64,000 nucleotides of DNA from the human T2T-CHM13v2.0 reference genome, Homo sapiens (GCF_009914755.1 NC_060931.1), one strand, 5' to 3'; shown: positions 1 through 19,544, numbered from the stretch's first letter. Notes: a model not told the origin generated them from the sequence alone. Translations and numbers: made by a program.

Positions 1-21
1 CAAAGTATTTTCCTCTTTTTA

Positions 22-325
<304 letters not shown>

Positions 326-665
326 TTAATTGCAATTTTTTTTTAGAAAACAAAGTATACACTTAGTGACTTGATACAAATGAATGAATTTGATAATCTA
401 CAGAAACCAAAACAAATACATAAATAAAAACCCAAAGCCATTCTTCTTATGTGAATCTCTAGTGTCTCTGAATTATAAGAATTGTGAATTATGATTAATA
501 ACAAATATGCATGACAAAGACTCAATAAGGGATAGGCATTAATAAACTGCAATGCACACTTACTGGAGTAAGGCCTTTAAAGATGTACAAGAAAAAGAAA
601 GAAAAGACATTGAAAAATTGCATTGCCTACCAAAACACTAAAGTTTACCTAAGTCCATTAATCAT

Positions 666-688
666 CACACACACACACACACACACAG
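666..688. repeat. (CA)n microsatellite
   Basis: Run of cacacaca seen directly. Confidence 0.9.
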
Positions 689-744
689 TGGGTGTGTAAA
701 ATGGTCAACACAGTCTCCTGTGAATGTATGCTTTTATTAATAGG

Positions 745-1040
745 TCTGTGGGGGTAAGAGATGAGGTTCTATAGATCCTGGAATCAGGGATGGGGAATCT
801 GTGGGGCCCCTGGGGTGAGAGATGATGATCTGTAGATTAGTGATGGGTGGTCTTTGGGATAGTGATGAGGTCCATGGAATCAATGATTGTGGGTATGTAG
901 GGTCAGTGATGAGGGAATCTGGTGTCAGTGATGGGATGTGTGTGGAATCAATCTGTGAAAGCCAGATTTGTGATGTCATCTCTCAGGCTGACACATCCTG
1001 ATCTGTGTGTCAGTGGTGGAAATTCTATGGGGTCAGAGTG
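745..1040. repeat. Degenerate ~22-24 bp tandem repeat (approx. gatctgtgggRtcagtgatggg)
   Basis: Recurring tctgtg / tcagtgatg motifs at short regular spacing. Confidence 0.5.
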
Positions 1041-2257
1041 TGACTGTCAGGTCCCTGACACTGTGTGTTCTGGGTCTGGCCAAGTGCACAGATTCCCTTG
1101 CCTTGTCCTGGCTGGAGAGGCCCTTCTCAAGGACTCCTCACATGAAAGGTGGGTTGGCGGTAGGTTTTGTTTTTGTTTTGTGGTGGAGGTAGGGGTGGGT
1201 TGGCTTTTTCTTTAGGGTTTAGTTTTGCCTCTTAGAGACCACAGACACATGCAGCTTTTAGGAAGAAATTTTTGTCTAGGTAGTCGCTAGGTCCTTTGGG
1301 CCAAGCCATCTAATGGGAGTAAAGCTGACCATTCCCTTAGTGCGATCAGATCTAGACGGTCGTTTTAAGGTGTTCTCAAGGTGGCGGGCAAGTGGGTTGT
1401 GGCTTTGAGTGTCAGGTGTGCGGGAAGAAACAACTAAGACCCAGGAGCGCTCCTAGGCTGGATCTGTCACAGCTGGAAGAACAGCCTCCCTAACACATCA
1501 GGCGCCAATGGGAGGCACCTCTGGGCTGTGAGAGGCTGGTGGAGGCGGGACCTCCAGACCTAGAGATTCTGGGCACAGAAGCCTATTACTGCCAGACGCT
1601 GAGGCGTTGCCATGGGATCCAAGGGCATTTCGGGTCAGATCAGAGCTTTTCTCAGATAATTGTTTCGGTAACTGGGGAGCTCCTGTCCAGCGCATGCCCC
1701 TATGAAGGCTTAATGTGCTGTCTCCCGCAGAGTCTTCTTAGGTCTGAGAGCCACTTGTTTCTTACAACCCTGTGCTAATCTCACCATCTGCTCCTACATA
1801 CCCCAGGCATTTGCCACATGCTGGTCCTCTCTTTCCTGACAGGTGGGCCGTCTCTCCAGCTTCTGTGAGGACAGTTCAAATTATGGAGGAGGGGGCAGGT
1901 GCAGGGCAGCAGTGCTGAGGGGAGTACCAGGCAGTTGGGGGAGCAGGGGCTCATTTTTCTTTGTAGCTCAGATTCCTAAGCCTGTGACTTTGAGTATCGG
2001 TGTCTTCCTTGCAATGTTTCAGTCTCAGGTTCTTGGGGAGAGTGCAGAATTGGAGCCCGATGGAAGACTGGTGGGGAGAGGGGTGGGTGGAGGGAACATG
2101 GAGTGTGTCAGGTGGTGTCTATTCCTGGCACCTTACTTTGCCTGCTGGAGTTTTCCAGTCTGTTCCAGATGCACTCTCTCGACCCTGAAGCAACCCGAGG
2201 GGGGATGTTGGTCTCCAGTGTGTGCTCCCCTGGACTCGATTGGAATTTGTCCCAAAG

Positions 2258-2561
2258 TGTTTGTTTGTTTGTTTGTTTGTTTGGAGGGAGTCTCACTCTG
2301 TCACCCAGGCTGGAGTGCAGTGGGGCAATCTCAGCTCACTGCAACCTCTGATTCCCAGGTTCAAGTGATTCTCCTGTTTCAGCCTCCCTAGTAGCTGGGA
2401 CTACAGGTGTCCGCCACCACACGTTGCTAAATTTTTTATTTTTAGTAGAGGCAGGGTTTCACAATGTTGGTCAGGCTGGTGTCTAACTCCTGACCAGGTG
2501 ATCGACCCACCTTGGCCTCTTAAAGTGCTGGGATTACAGGTGGGAGCCATCACACCCCGCC
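2258..2561 (-). mobile_element. Alu (AluS-like) with (TTTG)n tail
   Basis: Reverse Alu: gagtctcactctgtcacccaggctggagtgcag...gtgctgggattacagg. Confidence 0.9.
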
Positions 2562-2639
2562 AATCCCACAAATTTAGGCATTATGGTACATTGCTACTTT
2601 TGAATCCCTTATTTTTTTAGCTGCATTTTTCCCCCTCCT

Positions 2640-2930
<291 letters not shown>

Positions 2931-3207
2931 ACTTCCCTCCTTTTCCTTCAGGGATTTTAAATGTTTTCTTTCCTCCATCTATTTAATTATATGTGATTGC
3001 CTTGAGGATTTCAGCTTGAATTAAAATTACATATATTTACCTGTCTTTATTAATATTTAAACATATTAAAATAATACATGTTCATAATGAAAATGAAACA
3101 TTACAAATAAATACACAGGAAAGGCACTATTCCTCCTCCAGTTCCACTCTTGAAATAACCAGTTAACAAGATGATGAGCATCTTTCCATGATGTTCTCCA
3201 AGATTCA

Positions 3208-3962
<755 letters not shown>

Positions 3963-4330
3963 TAACGTTTCTTTCTTTTTTCTTTAATTATAAAGCATTC
4001 TCCTTTTTTAGTATAACAGTTGGCCACATATATCACTTTAGGTATAAAGATATTAGGATACCTTTATAGTAGATAAAAAGCTAACTCATTCTTTGTAAGA
4101 GTTAAAGTATCTTTCATTATATGAGCATTTAAGATATTAAAGTACTTTTGCCACAAAAAATAGTGCTTCTATAAATATTCTTTTACTTATATGTTTATTA
4201 ATTTTTACTTCTGCTGAAACAAATTGCATGAGGAAACAAGTGTATGTGTATAAAGTGTAATATATGTATATATATTTAACATGTGTCTATACAACTTCAT
4301 ATATACACATACATACAATAACATATACAA

Positions 4331-4660
<330 letters not shown>

Positions 4661-4662
4661 TA

Positions 4663-5009
<347 letters not shown>

Positions 5010-5073
5010 TTATATAACACTGTACTTTCACCAGCAATATATGTGACTACTCATTTCCTACATATTATCACTT

Positions 5074-5610
5074 GTGTGCAATCAAGGAAACTTAGTAGGC
5101 CTGAATTGCCCAAACCTGGCATACTCCAAAGAAAAGTTTGACTCTATCCTAGTTCCCAGGAAATAACCTCTAAGTCCTTGGAATCTCCTGCCTATCTGGG
5201 AGTTAACAACGTGATTTATTATGGGGACCTTGGACCATGCAGTGTCAGCTTGACCTTGGGAAGGGTGGAGACAGAGAAACTAAGGTCAACCAAATGGGTG
5301 CTCTTGTCCATGTGACCAAACTCCAGTAAAATGCTCAACACCAAGGCTCAGGTAAGGTTTTAGTTGGGGAGTATATTCTGTACTTTTCGTCACATATCTC
5401 TGGGTGAATTAAGCACTGTCCACACGATGTCACTGGGAGAGGACAACCAGAAGCTTGTGCTTTGTCTCTCCTGGACTCTGCCCTATGCACCTTTTTCTGC
5501 TGCTGATTTTAGTCTATATCTTTTTGTTGTAATAAACTATGAGTATAACAGCTTCACTCAGTTTTGTGAGTCTTTCTAATTAATCACTAAACTTTGGGAC
5601 CTCAGAACAC
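5074..5610 (+). mobile_element. Solo LTR, MER21-like
   Basis: TG...CA ends; gaaataacctctaagtccttggaat, ctctgccctatgcacc and aataaactatgagtataac resemble MER21. Confidence 0.65.
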
Positions 5611-5875
5611 AATGTTGTTTCTTCTTTAATTGAATTTTCCATGTTATGTAAGAAACCTATGTGCATAATTGAAAATTCACAAACTAAGAAAGAGCTTTCC
5701 ATGCAGTCTACTCCCCCACCCTGTTTCTCCAATGCTCCCAGGTATACTTCCTGAATAATCAAATGTTTAAATTTTCTAAACCATTTCTAATCTATATATC
5801 TGAGTGCTTATCTCTATATTATATAATAGGTAGATCCTGCTCCTTCTCAATATATCAACTTGATATATTATCTGA

Positions 5876-6262
<387 letters not shown>

Positions 6263-6293
6263 CTCTCACTATTTTCAATGGCTCTCTTGGTCA

Positions 6294-6503
<210 letters not shown>

Positions 6504-6616
6504 TCATTGTCTTAATTTTCTTCATGTCTTAACATGATTCTTGCCTTGTCAGAGATCATCCTATCTGAAATTGAATCTATTTACCACTTCCCTTTTTTTT
6601 CCATAGCACTTAAAAC

Positions 6617-7066
<450 letters not shown>

Positions 7067-7286
7067 TGCTTTTTGACAAATCATCTCTGTTCTTTTATTA
7101 TGTCCCCTAGAATGTAAACTTGATGAGAGCAGGAGAATTGTCAATTTTGTTCAATGCTATTTATCCCTAGAGCCTAGAACTGTACCATGCACACGGTAAG
7201 GAGACAAATATTTGTTGAATGAATATATTGAGCAGCTGTTCTCAGACTTTTTGGTCTCAGAAATTCTTTACTCTCTGTTTCTTTAC

Positions 7287-7502
7287 TCCTGACCTCAGGT
7301 GATCTGCCCACCTTGGCCTCCCAAAGTGCTAGGATTATAGGAGTGAGCCAAAACAACCAGCCACCCAACTAATTTTTGTATGGCAGTAGGCACGGGGTTT
7401 TGCCATGTTGGCCAGGCTGATCTTGAACTCCTGACCTCAAGTGATCCCCCACCTCAGCCTCCAAAAGTGCTGAGATTACAGGCGTGAGCCACTGCACCCG
7501 AC
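7287..7502 (-). mobile_element. Alu left-arm fragments
   Basis: ctcctgacctcaRgtgatc...gtgct...attaYagg occurs twice. Confidence 0.8.
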
Positions 7503-8344
7503 TAAATATACCAAAAACTTTAGATAAGTGAATTTGGAGGAAATATTTATAACAGATAAAATGGACAAACAGATAATTCTAACTTACTGTCTCTCTGGCT
7601 TAATAAAATATTAGTCAATACGCTAAGAAGAAAGGAACGAAATCTAAAAATTAAGCATTCACAAACACAAATAGTCGGAAAACAAAGTCAAAACCTAAGG
7701 ACTTGTTGACCACTTATCTCTCCTCTGAAATCAGCTCTTGAATGTGTTGAACTAGGTTTGACCTCGGATTAGGAAATTTTTTAAATATTTTTTAAATTTT
7801 CACTTTTTGGAATTTAAAATTAATCCAAATTATGTAATATACAACACTTGGAATTTACCAATCAATACTCTATCATTTTATTTTTCACTCTTCAAATAAT
7901 TTCTTGTTCAAGAGTTTAAAACGCTTGTCCAAGAGTTTAAAATTAATAGATTCTGCATGCTATGGTCTGTAGAGACTGTCTCTACAAAAAATAACAATAT
8001 ATATACTTTAAAAATATATATAAAATATATATTTATTTAAATGTATATGTTTTAAGTATATGAAATATGTTTTTAAAATTTCATTTTTTCACCGGATCGT
8101 ATGGTAAGCGTATGTTTAGTCTGGCAGGAACTTGCAAAACTGCCTTCCACAGTGGCTGTCCCACTTTGCATTCTCAGCAGAAATAGAGATGAGTTCCTGT
8201 CGCTCCATGTCTTCACCAGCATTTGGTATTGGTGTTTGCATTCAAGCCAGTCTAAGGGATGTGTAATGGTATCACATCATTGTTTTAATTTGAATCCCCT
8301 AGTGACATATGGTGTTGGGCATCGTTTCAGAGGTCTAAGAAATG

Positions 8345-8815
<471 letters not shown>

Positions 8816-8819
8816 TATC

Positions 8820-9510
8820 TGACCTAATTTTTAGAACAGTTGTAGGTGTACAGAAAAATAGAGCAGAAGGCATATTGAGCTCTAATATCCACCTCACACC
8901 ATAGTACACACACTTCCTCTATTATCATCTTGTTAGTGTGGTAATTTGTTATGCTCGATGAGCCAATATTGATATTATTAAGTTCATGGCTAATATTAAG
9001 ATTCACTCTCTGTGTTCTACCATTTATGGGCTTTGACAAATGCTTAAGGACATATATCCACCATTATAGGGTCACACAGAAAAGTTTCACTGCCCTAAAA
9101 ATCTTCTGTGCTCCACCTATTCATCTTTCCCTCTGCTCAAGCCTCTGGCAACCACTGAACTTTTTATAATACCATCTGCCTAGTTTTGTCTTTTCTAGTA
9201 TTCCATATAATTGGAACTCTATATTATGTGGCCTTTTTGTATTGGCTTCTTTCACTTAGAAATGCATGTTTAAGATTCCTCCATGTCTTTTCATGCCTTG
9301 TAGTTCATTTCTTTTTATTCCTGAAGAATATTCCATTGCATGAATGTTTCAGAGTTAGTTTATCCATTTCTCTATTGTAGGATATCTTGGTTACTTCCAA
9401 TCTTTGTCAGTTGTGTATAAGCTGCTGTAAATATTCATGTGCAGGATTTGAGTGGATATAAGTTTTCAAATATTTGGGTATATACCAAAGAATGCAATTG
9501 CCAGATCGTA
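8820..9510 (-). mobile_element. Old L1 (L1MC/MB-like) 3' region
   Basis: tttgacaaatg, ctggcaaccactga, ggcttctttcacttag and gctgctgtaaatattcatgtgcagg are typical of reverse L1M 3' sequence. Confidence 0.65.
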
Positions 9511-9769
9511 TTTAAACATACAAGGATGCAGATGCCATACACACAAATATGTATGTATATGTCATGCTCATATACAATTTTAAATACATATATGTATTCT
9601 ATGGATATGTAAGTATTTCTCTATTTTCACAGAAATGTCACTCTAAATCAGTACCTAAGAAGGATCATCATTTTCTTAATCTACAAATCAAGACACAGTA
9701 TGAGTGGCTGCACCCTAGTTTAGTAAATCCTCTATTATTGAGGATGTTTTCCTGTTTCCTTTGTCATTG

Positions 9770-10025
9770 TTGTTGTTGTTTTGTTTTGAGACAGAGTTTC
9801 ACTCTTTTGAGTCAAGTGGTGTGATCTCATCTCACTGTAGCCTCCCGAGTAGCTGGGATTATAGAGTAGCTGGGATTATAGGTGCCCACCATCATGCCCA
9901 GCTAATTTTTGTATTTTTAGTAGAGATGGGGTTTTACCATGTTGACCAGCTCCTGACCGCAGGTGATCCGTCCACATCAGCCTCCCAAAATGCTGAGATT
10001 ACAGGCGTGAGCCACAATGCTTGGC
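9770..10025 (-). mobile_element. Alu (internally rearranged)
   Basis: Reverse Alu with duplicated gagtagctgggattata. Confidence 0.8.
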
Positions 10026-10149
10026 TGCTTTCATCATTTCAGACTGAGCTTGGAGAAGAATCTGAGGAAAAACATGACTTTAAAATTTTGATGAATGGAG
10101 AAATCTCTTTCCATTCACCTTCCTTTCCTCTATTTCATTCTTATTTTAA

Positions 10150-10656
<507 letters not shown>

Positions 10657-10804
10657 TAAAGTAAAGTCTGATTTTGCCTGGTTTTTCTCTTACATAATTG
10701 GAGTAAAAGTCTGTATCCTGGTGCATCTGGCCCCTTTTACTCAATATTAAGTATCTAAGAGTCACACTTAGCATTGTTTCTGCATTCTATTAAAACAGTA
10801 CACC

Positions 10805-11776
<972 letters not shown>

Positions 11777-12234
11777 TCATTGTTGGTGGACATGTGGGTT
11801 GTGTTCATTTTTGTCAGTTACAAATGATGTTGTTGTGAACATGTTTGTATTTCCATTTGGTTACCATTAGTGTGTATTTATGTATAGTATAAAGCAAGAG
11901 GTGAAACCATAGGTTACAGGGTAAACATATCTTCAGTTTTACTAGGTATTATTGGTTTCATCCCAATGTTAACACACCAACTGACAGTCTTACAATGTCT
12001 GATAATTCCCTAATCTTTGCATTCTTCTTGACACTTAATTTCGTCAAAATTTTAATTTGAGTCTTTTGGTGGGTATGTGGCAATGATTGTGATATTAATT
12101 TACTGTGCCTTTTCTTCTCTGTAACAGGCCCTGTCAAGATATATGTGTGGTGTGGCAGTGGTAGGAGCCCCTAGAGGTAGCATGGGCTTTGTAATCCTTA
12201 ATCATCCTATGTGAAAAAGTTGGTGGCACAGTTA

Positions 12235-12535
<301 letters not shown>

Positions 12536-13379
12536 AATATTTCCTGTGTACAATGGTGTAGCCAGGGTGCAAAGCCAGTTCTTAATGATTCTGTCATCCA
12601 AATATTATATCTTCTCAATTCCCCTTGAGATATGCTCATTCCTCCATACAATTAAACAATCTCAATTACTCTTGAAGGAGCATAAAATCCTCCCTGTCTA
12701 ATCATGGGTACTTCCAAATTATTTGTTGACTTTTGTTTAAAATATAAAAAAGAGAACATAGATTTTGTTTTCTTCTTTCTGCTTAACCTGAACAAAATGT
12801 CATAGGTACCTCCTAGCCTGTTGCTAAACCAAGGAGAGTCACTTGAGTAATGAACAAGACTGGAGGGAAACTACATGGATAATTTATCATTACACTATCA
12901 TCACATACATGGAACTCATTAATGAAGCTTATGAAAAAAATTGAGTCATTTGTGGAAAAGTGTAAAGAGAATATACGAGATGTCTCAAGTGAAGAGAAAA
13001 AAGCTGCAGAAAATAATTACAAAAAAAGAGTGTGAAGATGTAAACACAAATTCAGAGATTCTGGAGCATGAAGGGCTAAGTTAAGAGAAAAAAGAGTTAT
13101 CAATATTTTCTTATTCATTATGGAGAGCAGGATGAATTCTTAAAAGGTCAGATAATTGTGAGTCTGATATATCTGATGATAATTTGTATTTTTTATTTCT
13201 AATGTTGTAAATGGTTGTTAATTCAAAGTCATTATTCCTATTTCCTTTAGACTAGTGACCATGAGTTTGACTGACAAAAATCCACTGGGTTAGTATTGTT
13301 ATCTATGTGTGTTCATCACGTTATGTGTTAAAATAAATCCATCAATTTTTATCTTGTGTTCGTTTTCATTTTAGTTTAG

Positions 13380-13670
13380 TTTCTTTGGGACAGGGTCTCA
13401 CTCTGTCACCCAGGCTGGAAGTGCGGTGGCATGATCACAGCTCACTGCAGCCTCTACATCTCCAGGCTCAGGTGATCCTCCTACCTCAGCCTCCCAAGTA
13501 GCAGGGACTACAGGCATGAGCCACCACACCTGGCTAATTTTTGTATTTTTTGTAGAGACGGGGTTTTGATATGTTGCTCAGGCTGGTCTCAAACTCTTGG
13601 ACTCAAGTGATCTGCCCACCTCAGCCTCCCAAATTGCTGGGATGACTGGCATGCACCACTGTCCCAGCCT
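13380..13670 (-). mobile_element. Alu (AluJ-like)
   Basis: cagggtctcactctgtcacccaggc...tcaggtgatcctcctacctcagcc. Confidence 0.88.
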
Positions 13671-14399
13671 GTTTTCATTTTATTAATTGGCTGATTCATT
13701 CAGACACATAATTATCAAGTCAAATCTCACTCTTTCCTTAGCATTTCCCTACAGTTTAGCTGAGAAAATCTATTCCTATTTTAAAACATATACGATTATT
13801 CTAGTGTGGTGGCACATGCCTGTAATCCCAGCTACTCAGGAGGCTGAGGCAGGAGTATCATTTGAACCCGGGAGTGATATAGTGATTATATATAGTATAT
13901 AACTATATAGTGATTATAGTTTATAATTTTAACTATATCATGTCTCCTGCCTCATAAGTACCACTGGACAAGGTCCCTTTTATGTACTCAGCTTCTGTTA
14001 GAGGTAAATGTATTTTGAAGTGGAGAACAAAGATAAGTGCAAAATTGGAATGGAGAACTAAGGTAATTATGAAAGTTCCAGATACGAAGAGAGAGGGCTC
14101 AATATGCCAGCAGTTCTCTACCAATCCATCCTAGTGGTCTTTTTTTAGGATTGCCTAAATAATGCAGGAGATGGGTGCAAGACACACAAGTGTTCCAGAA
14201 GCATGTAAACAAGGTACAGAGAAGAGGATAAGATAAAATAAGATGAGATAAGAATATTAGGAATGCCTTGTTCAGAAGATTGCCTACAGAGGCAAAAGGG
14301 ACAGTTTCATTTTGCTGAGGGAAACAGGGTGGTAAGAACCCTCCTGGGGAAGACCCCCACTTACCCTGATACAGAAAGAAGGTGTAAAATATCATAATG

Positions 14400-14883
14400 G
14401 GAGAGCATTAGGCTGAGATAGCTCCCATGGCCAGGGTTCCTACATAGACAAAATGAAACAAGCTTAGCCCATCAGCAAGTGGCCCGCTGAGTATTAGCTG
14501 TGTAATGAGAGACCTACCACCAGGATAGTTCAAATAATGCAACTGCCCAAATTTTTGCCAACCAAATAATTTCTCTACTCTACTTCTATATTCACCCTAT
14601 AAAAGCCTTCCTTACAAACACCTCCAGTAGATCCTTCAACCACTTTCAGTTTGGAGCTGCCTGATCCATGAATCTCTGTTTGCTCAAATAAACTCTTTAA
14701 AAATTTAATATGCTTAAGTTTATCTATTTTTTTCTCATTTTTAAAAATTGAAATGGATCTTCCTATGTTGTCCAGGCTGGTCTTAAACTCCTGAACCCAA
14801 GGGATCCTCCTGCCTCAGCCTCCTGAGTAGCTGGAATTATAGACATGTGCCTCCACACCCAGCTTACATTTATCTTTAAACAA
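14400..14883 (+). mobile_element. ERV1-class solo LTR (MER34/MER39-like) with an inserted Alu monomer (~14745-14865, minus)
   Basis: ccctataaaagc TATA, gctgcctgatccatgaatc...ctcaaataaactctttaaa polyA region, and ...ctttaaaca end. Confidence 0.5.
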
Positions 14884-15104
14884 GGTTTTGACCCCTTTCT
14901 GAAATATATTTCTGTGAAGACCTGTACCCTCAGTGATATGGCAGGCTCATTTTAGACCATTGAGCACTTTTGTCTCTGGACCACAATTTGCCCTTTGTGA
15001 CCTGCTCTCCTAAGAAATTCAAGTGTAACTCAAGTTAGTTTACCCTCTGCTGATCAGGGGAGATTGCTCTCGGTGCAAGTTCAAGACAGGCACTCACACC
15101 TTCA

Positions 15105-15200
15105 TTCATACCCCAAATCTCAGCATCACACAATACACCCATGTAATAAACCTGCACAGGTACCCTCCGGAATCTAAAATGAAAGTTGAAATTCATTAAA
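15105..15200 (+). mobile_element. L1 3' end fragment
   Basis: cccatgtaataaacctgcacaggtaccct...atctaaaatgaaagttg. Confidence 0.7.
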
Positions 15201-16695
15201 ATTTTAATTTCATCTTATTACAAAACAAAGATAAATTTACTTCTTTCCAATTTTGATATATATATTATACTGACATACACACTGTATTCTATGGTGAATT
15301 ATACTGATTGAATTTCACATTTTAAACTAACACTGAATTACTGTGAAAAACTCTATTGGGTCATAATGTATTATGTTTTTAATATATTTTAATACAATTT
15401 GCAAAAATTTTGTTTTAAAATTACATCTATGTTCCATAAATAAATAAATATGTAAAAATAATAAGTGTATTATTCAAGTGAAGATTATAGCGATCTTTTT
15501 GAATATCTACTTAACCTCAACTAGTTTTAATTCAGAAGTAGCAACTCCATAGAAATTCAACTTATTACTACCTTATTACTCATACTTGTCTCCTTGAAGA
15601 AGCTTCATTGCTATCACACAGTTTAGACTGGGATGTCATAAATCTCTAGACTGAGTAGTATAATATTCATGGTTCAAATAAGATCAAATTATTATTACAA
15701 TGTTATGACACATCCAAATACAAAAAGCAAGCCCATGGATGTCAGGTTAAGGTATAGAGACAAATATTTCTACTTACTATCTTTTAGGGCAGACATATCC
15801 CAGCCAAGCTGATTGCAAAATGAAATGGAAACCATATGGTGGAAGGGGACTTAGGACTCACACAGATTGTATTTTCATTCCAACCCTTACATACACAAGC
15901 TGCATGACTCTGGGTAGATTGCATATTCTCTTAGAGTTTCAATTTCCTCATCTGTGCAATGGCAGTTAATGCCTATGGGCTATGGTTGATGTGGGGATAA
16001 AAGAACCAACACGGATGCATGGGCAGGGCCTGGTCCATAGAGCAACTGGCATCAATAAATGGAAGCCCCTTCCCATCTTGTCTTTGTGTGCACTACAAAA
16101 TCCAGAATATGTGGGTATAAAAAGTACTCTTAAAAGAGACATAATTGGAAACTTTTGCAAAAAGAGATTGGAAAGTTGTCACATCTTGTGGCATGAGGAG
16201 TTGTGGGCATACATTTGAACTTTGTGCTGTGAGATATCCACAGAACTTCAGTAGCTTAAGAGAACAGTTTAGATGTCATCTTATTCATCTACCATAGAAC
16301 TTCCTCTTCTTCTCTGAGATTTCTAGACAGTAACTTTTACAGCTCTAATAATGCAGTTCTCTCCCAATTGTTTGGACTATTCTAATAGATACAAAGCAGT
16401 ATTTCACCAGAAGATGCTACTGCAGTTTGTATGATGATTTCAAACTGAGAATCCATTTAAAGTTATGCAATACTTTTTTTGGAAATAGGGTGAAAGTAGT
16501 TTAAGTTCAAAATCCTATAAAATAGGTTTACAGTAAAAAATTACTTGTTGCAATATCTATCATACTATCTTATATTCACATATGTATTGGTGTCCTAATA
16601 CATATGTATGAGAGTGAAAAATTACCTGAGGTCAGAGACTGTGCCATATGTTCCCTGCACCACTGGTGCCTATCTCAGCACATGGTATACAGTAG

Positions 16696-17101
<406 letters not shown>

Positions 17102-17199
17102 ACAAAATGTTTTAAAGTAGCTTCAAAGCCCATTTGCAAATAGATGTATTCATAACAAGATGCAAACAAGAAAACATTGAGCTTTATATAATAGAAGGG

Positions 17200-17400
17200 T
17201 TCTGCCTGGATTTGCATGTGGCCCCATCATTTGTTTGCTGTTGGGCCATGGTCAGGTTACTTAGCTGCTCTCTGCCTCCACATAGGCTTTATGCCTGTGC
17301 ATCCCTCATCTACAAAATGGGAATAATAAGAATATCTCACAATTAGAAGTGGAGAAAATGTATGTAAAGGTCTTTGAAAAGAGCTTGTGAAAGCTCAATA
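17200..17400 (+). mobile_element. MIR
   Basis: MIR core ctcatctacaaaatgggaataataag. Confidence 0.6.
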
Positions 17401-17727
17401 ATTGTCCTCAATAATTGCTCTCAATAATTGTCAGCTATCATTCAATAATAATCATAATCATAAAAATGTATGACTCAAAGAAAGATTCTGACTTCATATC
17501 CAGCTTCCCAAAATAGTCAGACACTGGACCTGTGAAAGGAATGACATTGAGATGTATTTTCACATTGCTAAGTTGGTTTTTTCTTTGCCATTCAATTTCT
17601 GCAGTCCCTACTCTAAGCCCATGGTCCACATTTTTATCTTTCCTCCTAAGATGTCTTCCCTTCTTGTAAGATTTACTTTTCCTTAAAAAGGGCCCTTTTC
17701 ATCCACCCACTCTTTTGCCCTTCCCAG

Positions 17728-18006
17728 AAGTTGGTTAATGGGCACAAAAATACAGTTAGATGGAAGGAACAGAAGAATTTCTAGTGCTCAATAACACAGT
17801 AGGGTGACGATCATTAACAATAACATATATTTCAAAATGACTACAGGAAAGATGTGGAATGTCCTCAACACAAATAAATGATAAATGTTTGAGGTGATGG
17901 ATATGCAAATTATCCTGATTTGATCACTACACAGTGTATGCACGTATGAAAATATCACACGTACCCTAGAAATATGTATAATTGCCATGTATCAATAAAA
18001 ATAAAA
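17728..18006 (+). mobile_element. L1MA-type 3' end
   Basis: ttggttaatgggcacaaaaatacagttaga...aatgataaatgtttgaggtgatggatatg...tcaataaaa. Confidence 0.8.
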
Positions 18007-18246
18007 GGGCCTATTTCTCTTTCCTTCCTCCCTGCATTCCCTCCTGTCCCAGATATGTGTTGTTCCTGGTGCTCTCCTGTCCCTCTTTCAGCCAGCACTG
18101 AGCCAGCAGGAAGGATCTCACAGGTCATATCCTGAGATCAACCCTCCACCTCTTCAGGTAATAATAGTCCTCTTGCTTTTAGTCATTTATATCCTTTGGT
18201 TCATAGATATTTTGAGTCAAGTGCCTTCTAACCACTGATCTACATA

Positions 18247-18630
18247 ATATTCCTTGGTTTTTAAAGATAATACAAAGTGAATTTTAGTAACAATCTTGAG
18301 TCATCACAGAAGCTAATGAAGTTGGGGATTCCACGAAGCCATCCAAGCATATAGAGCCCATTTCCCTGGGTCCCTTTTCCTTAGCTCAAGGCCACAAAAA
18401 ATCAGAACTTGAATTCCAGCCCACATTTGCATTATGTCTAAATGATTATGAGTTATAAATGAAGCTAACAAATAATTAAATATGTTCTATTCTCCTACTT
18501 CGATAAATGTACTGCCATAATAACCCACAAGGTCAAAGTCAAGTGTAGAATTCTCTGATTTCTTGGTGCTCTGCACAGGAATGTCGTAGTAAAGGGAGAG
18601 CCGATCCTCAGCCCCAGGCTAAACTTTTTT
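18247..18630 (+). repeat. Source copy of a ~385-bp local direct duplication
   Basis: Near-identical to 20569-20952 (about 21 substitutions by manual count). Confidence 0.95.
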
Positions 18631-19149
18631 CTTTCATCGTAGGTAACCCTGTCCGCACTTGAGAAGCTTTGCGTACCCCTGTGTGGGGGACTCCCTAGGC
18701 CCCATGCAAGCTCCATCCACAATTCTCACCCCTTCAGACAGCAGAGCCTTGGGCACCATTTGGACAAGCACAGTTTGCGCTTTGAAATGGACCCAGGGAA
18801 GAGGCCATGCAGGCTCAGGCACATTTCGCCAGGGCCCTGAGTGCCCAGCGTGTGCCCTAGAAGAGAGGGTGAGAGCTCTGGGTGGGCCAGGGTACAGTCA
18901 GTGGAGGGCCAGAGAGGCACCTTCTAAAGTGCAGGATTCAGGGTAGGGTTCCTCTTGCCCAGATTGATGGCTACGATTGCTTAGTGCAATGGCGCCTGTG
19001 TCATGTCTTCTCAGCTCACCTTTCATTCAGTCTCAGCCACTGTGGGAAGTTCCATGGAAGCGCAGGCTTCCCTTGTGCTGCCAGCAAACTCAAGCTACAC
19101 TTTCTGCCCTAGGGCATCTCCATTATTGTAGGATTTTGCCTGAGCACAA

Positions 19150-19445
19150 ATACAGCCCAGAAGCACTTGCAGGTTAACAGCCTCAGGGGAAGACCTCAAC
19201 CAGTGTGGGACAGGTGGACAAATGCTGCAGGCTCATGTTTCAGGTGGACAGTTCTGGATAACTTTCCGGAGCCTCTCGGAAGGTCCTGCAGAAAAAACTG
19301 CATGGCAGGAGCCTCAATAGCATGTCATTTTGGCTTTTCTTTCTTGCCTGGCTCACTCTTCCCACTTCTGACTCTTGCTTCTTGGAATCACTTCCCAAAT
19401 AAACCACCCACACCCAAGTCCTTACTCCAGCTCTGCTTCTAGGGA
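19150..19445 (+). mobile_element. ERVL LTR fragment (LTR16-like), cut by Tigger1
   Basis: cttggaatcacttcccaaataaaccaccc...cagctctgcttctaggg. Confidence 0.55.
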
Positions 19446-19544
19446 TACAGGCACACCTTGGAGATATTGCAGGTTTGGTTCTAGGTAACCACAATAAGGT
19501 GAATATCACAACAGCGCAAGTCACACGAAATTTTCTGCAAGTCA

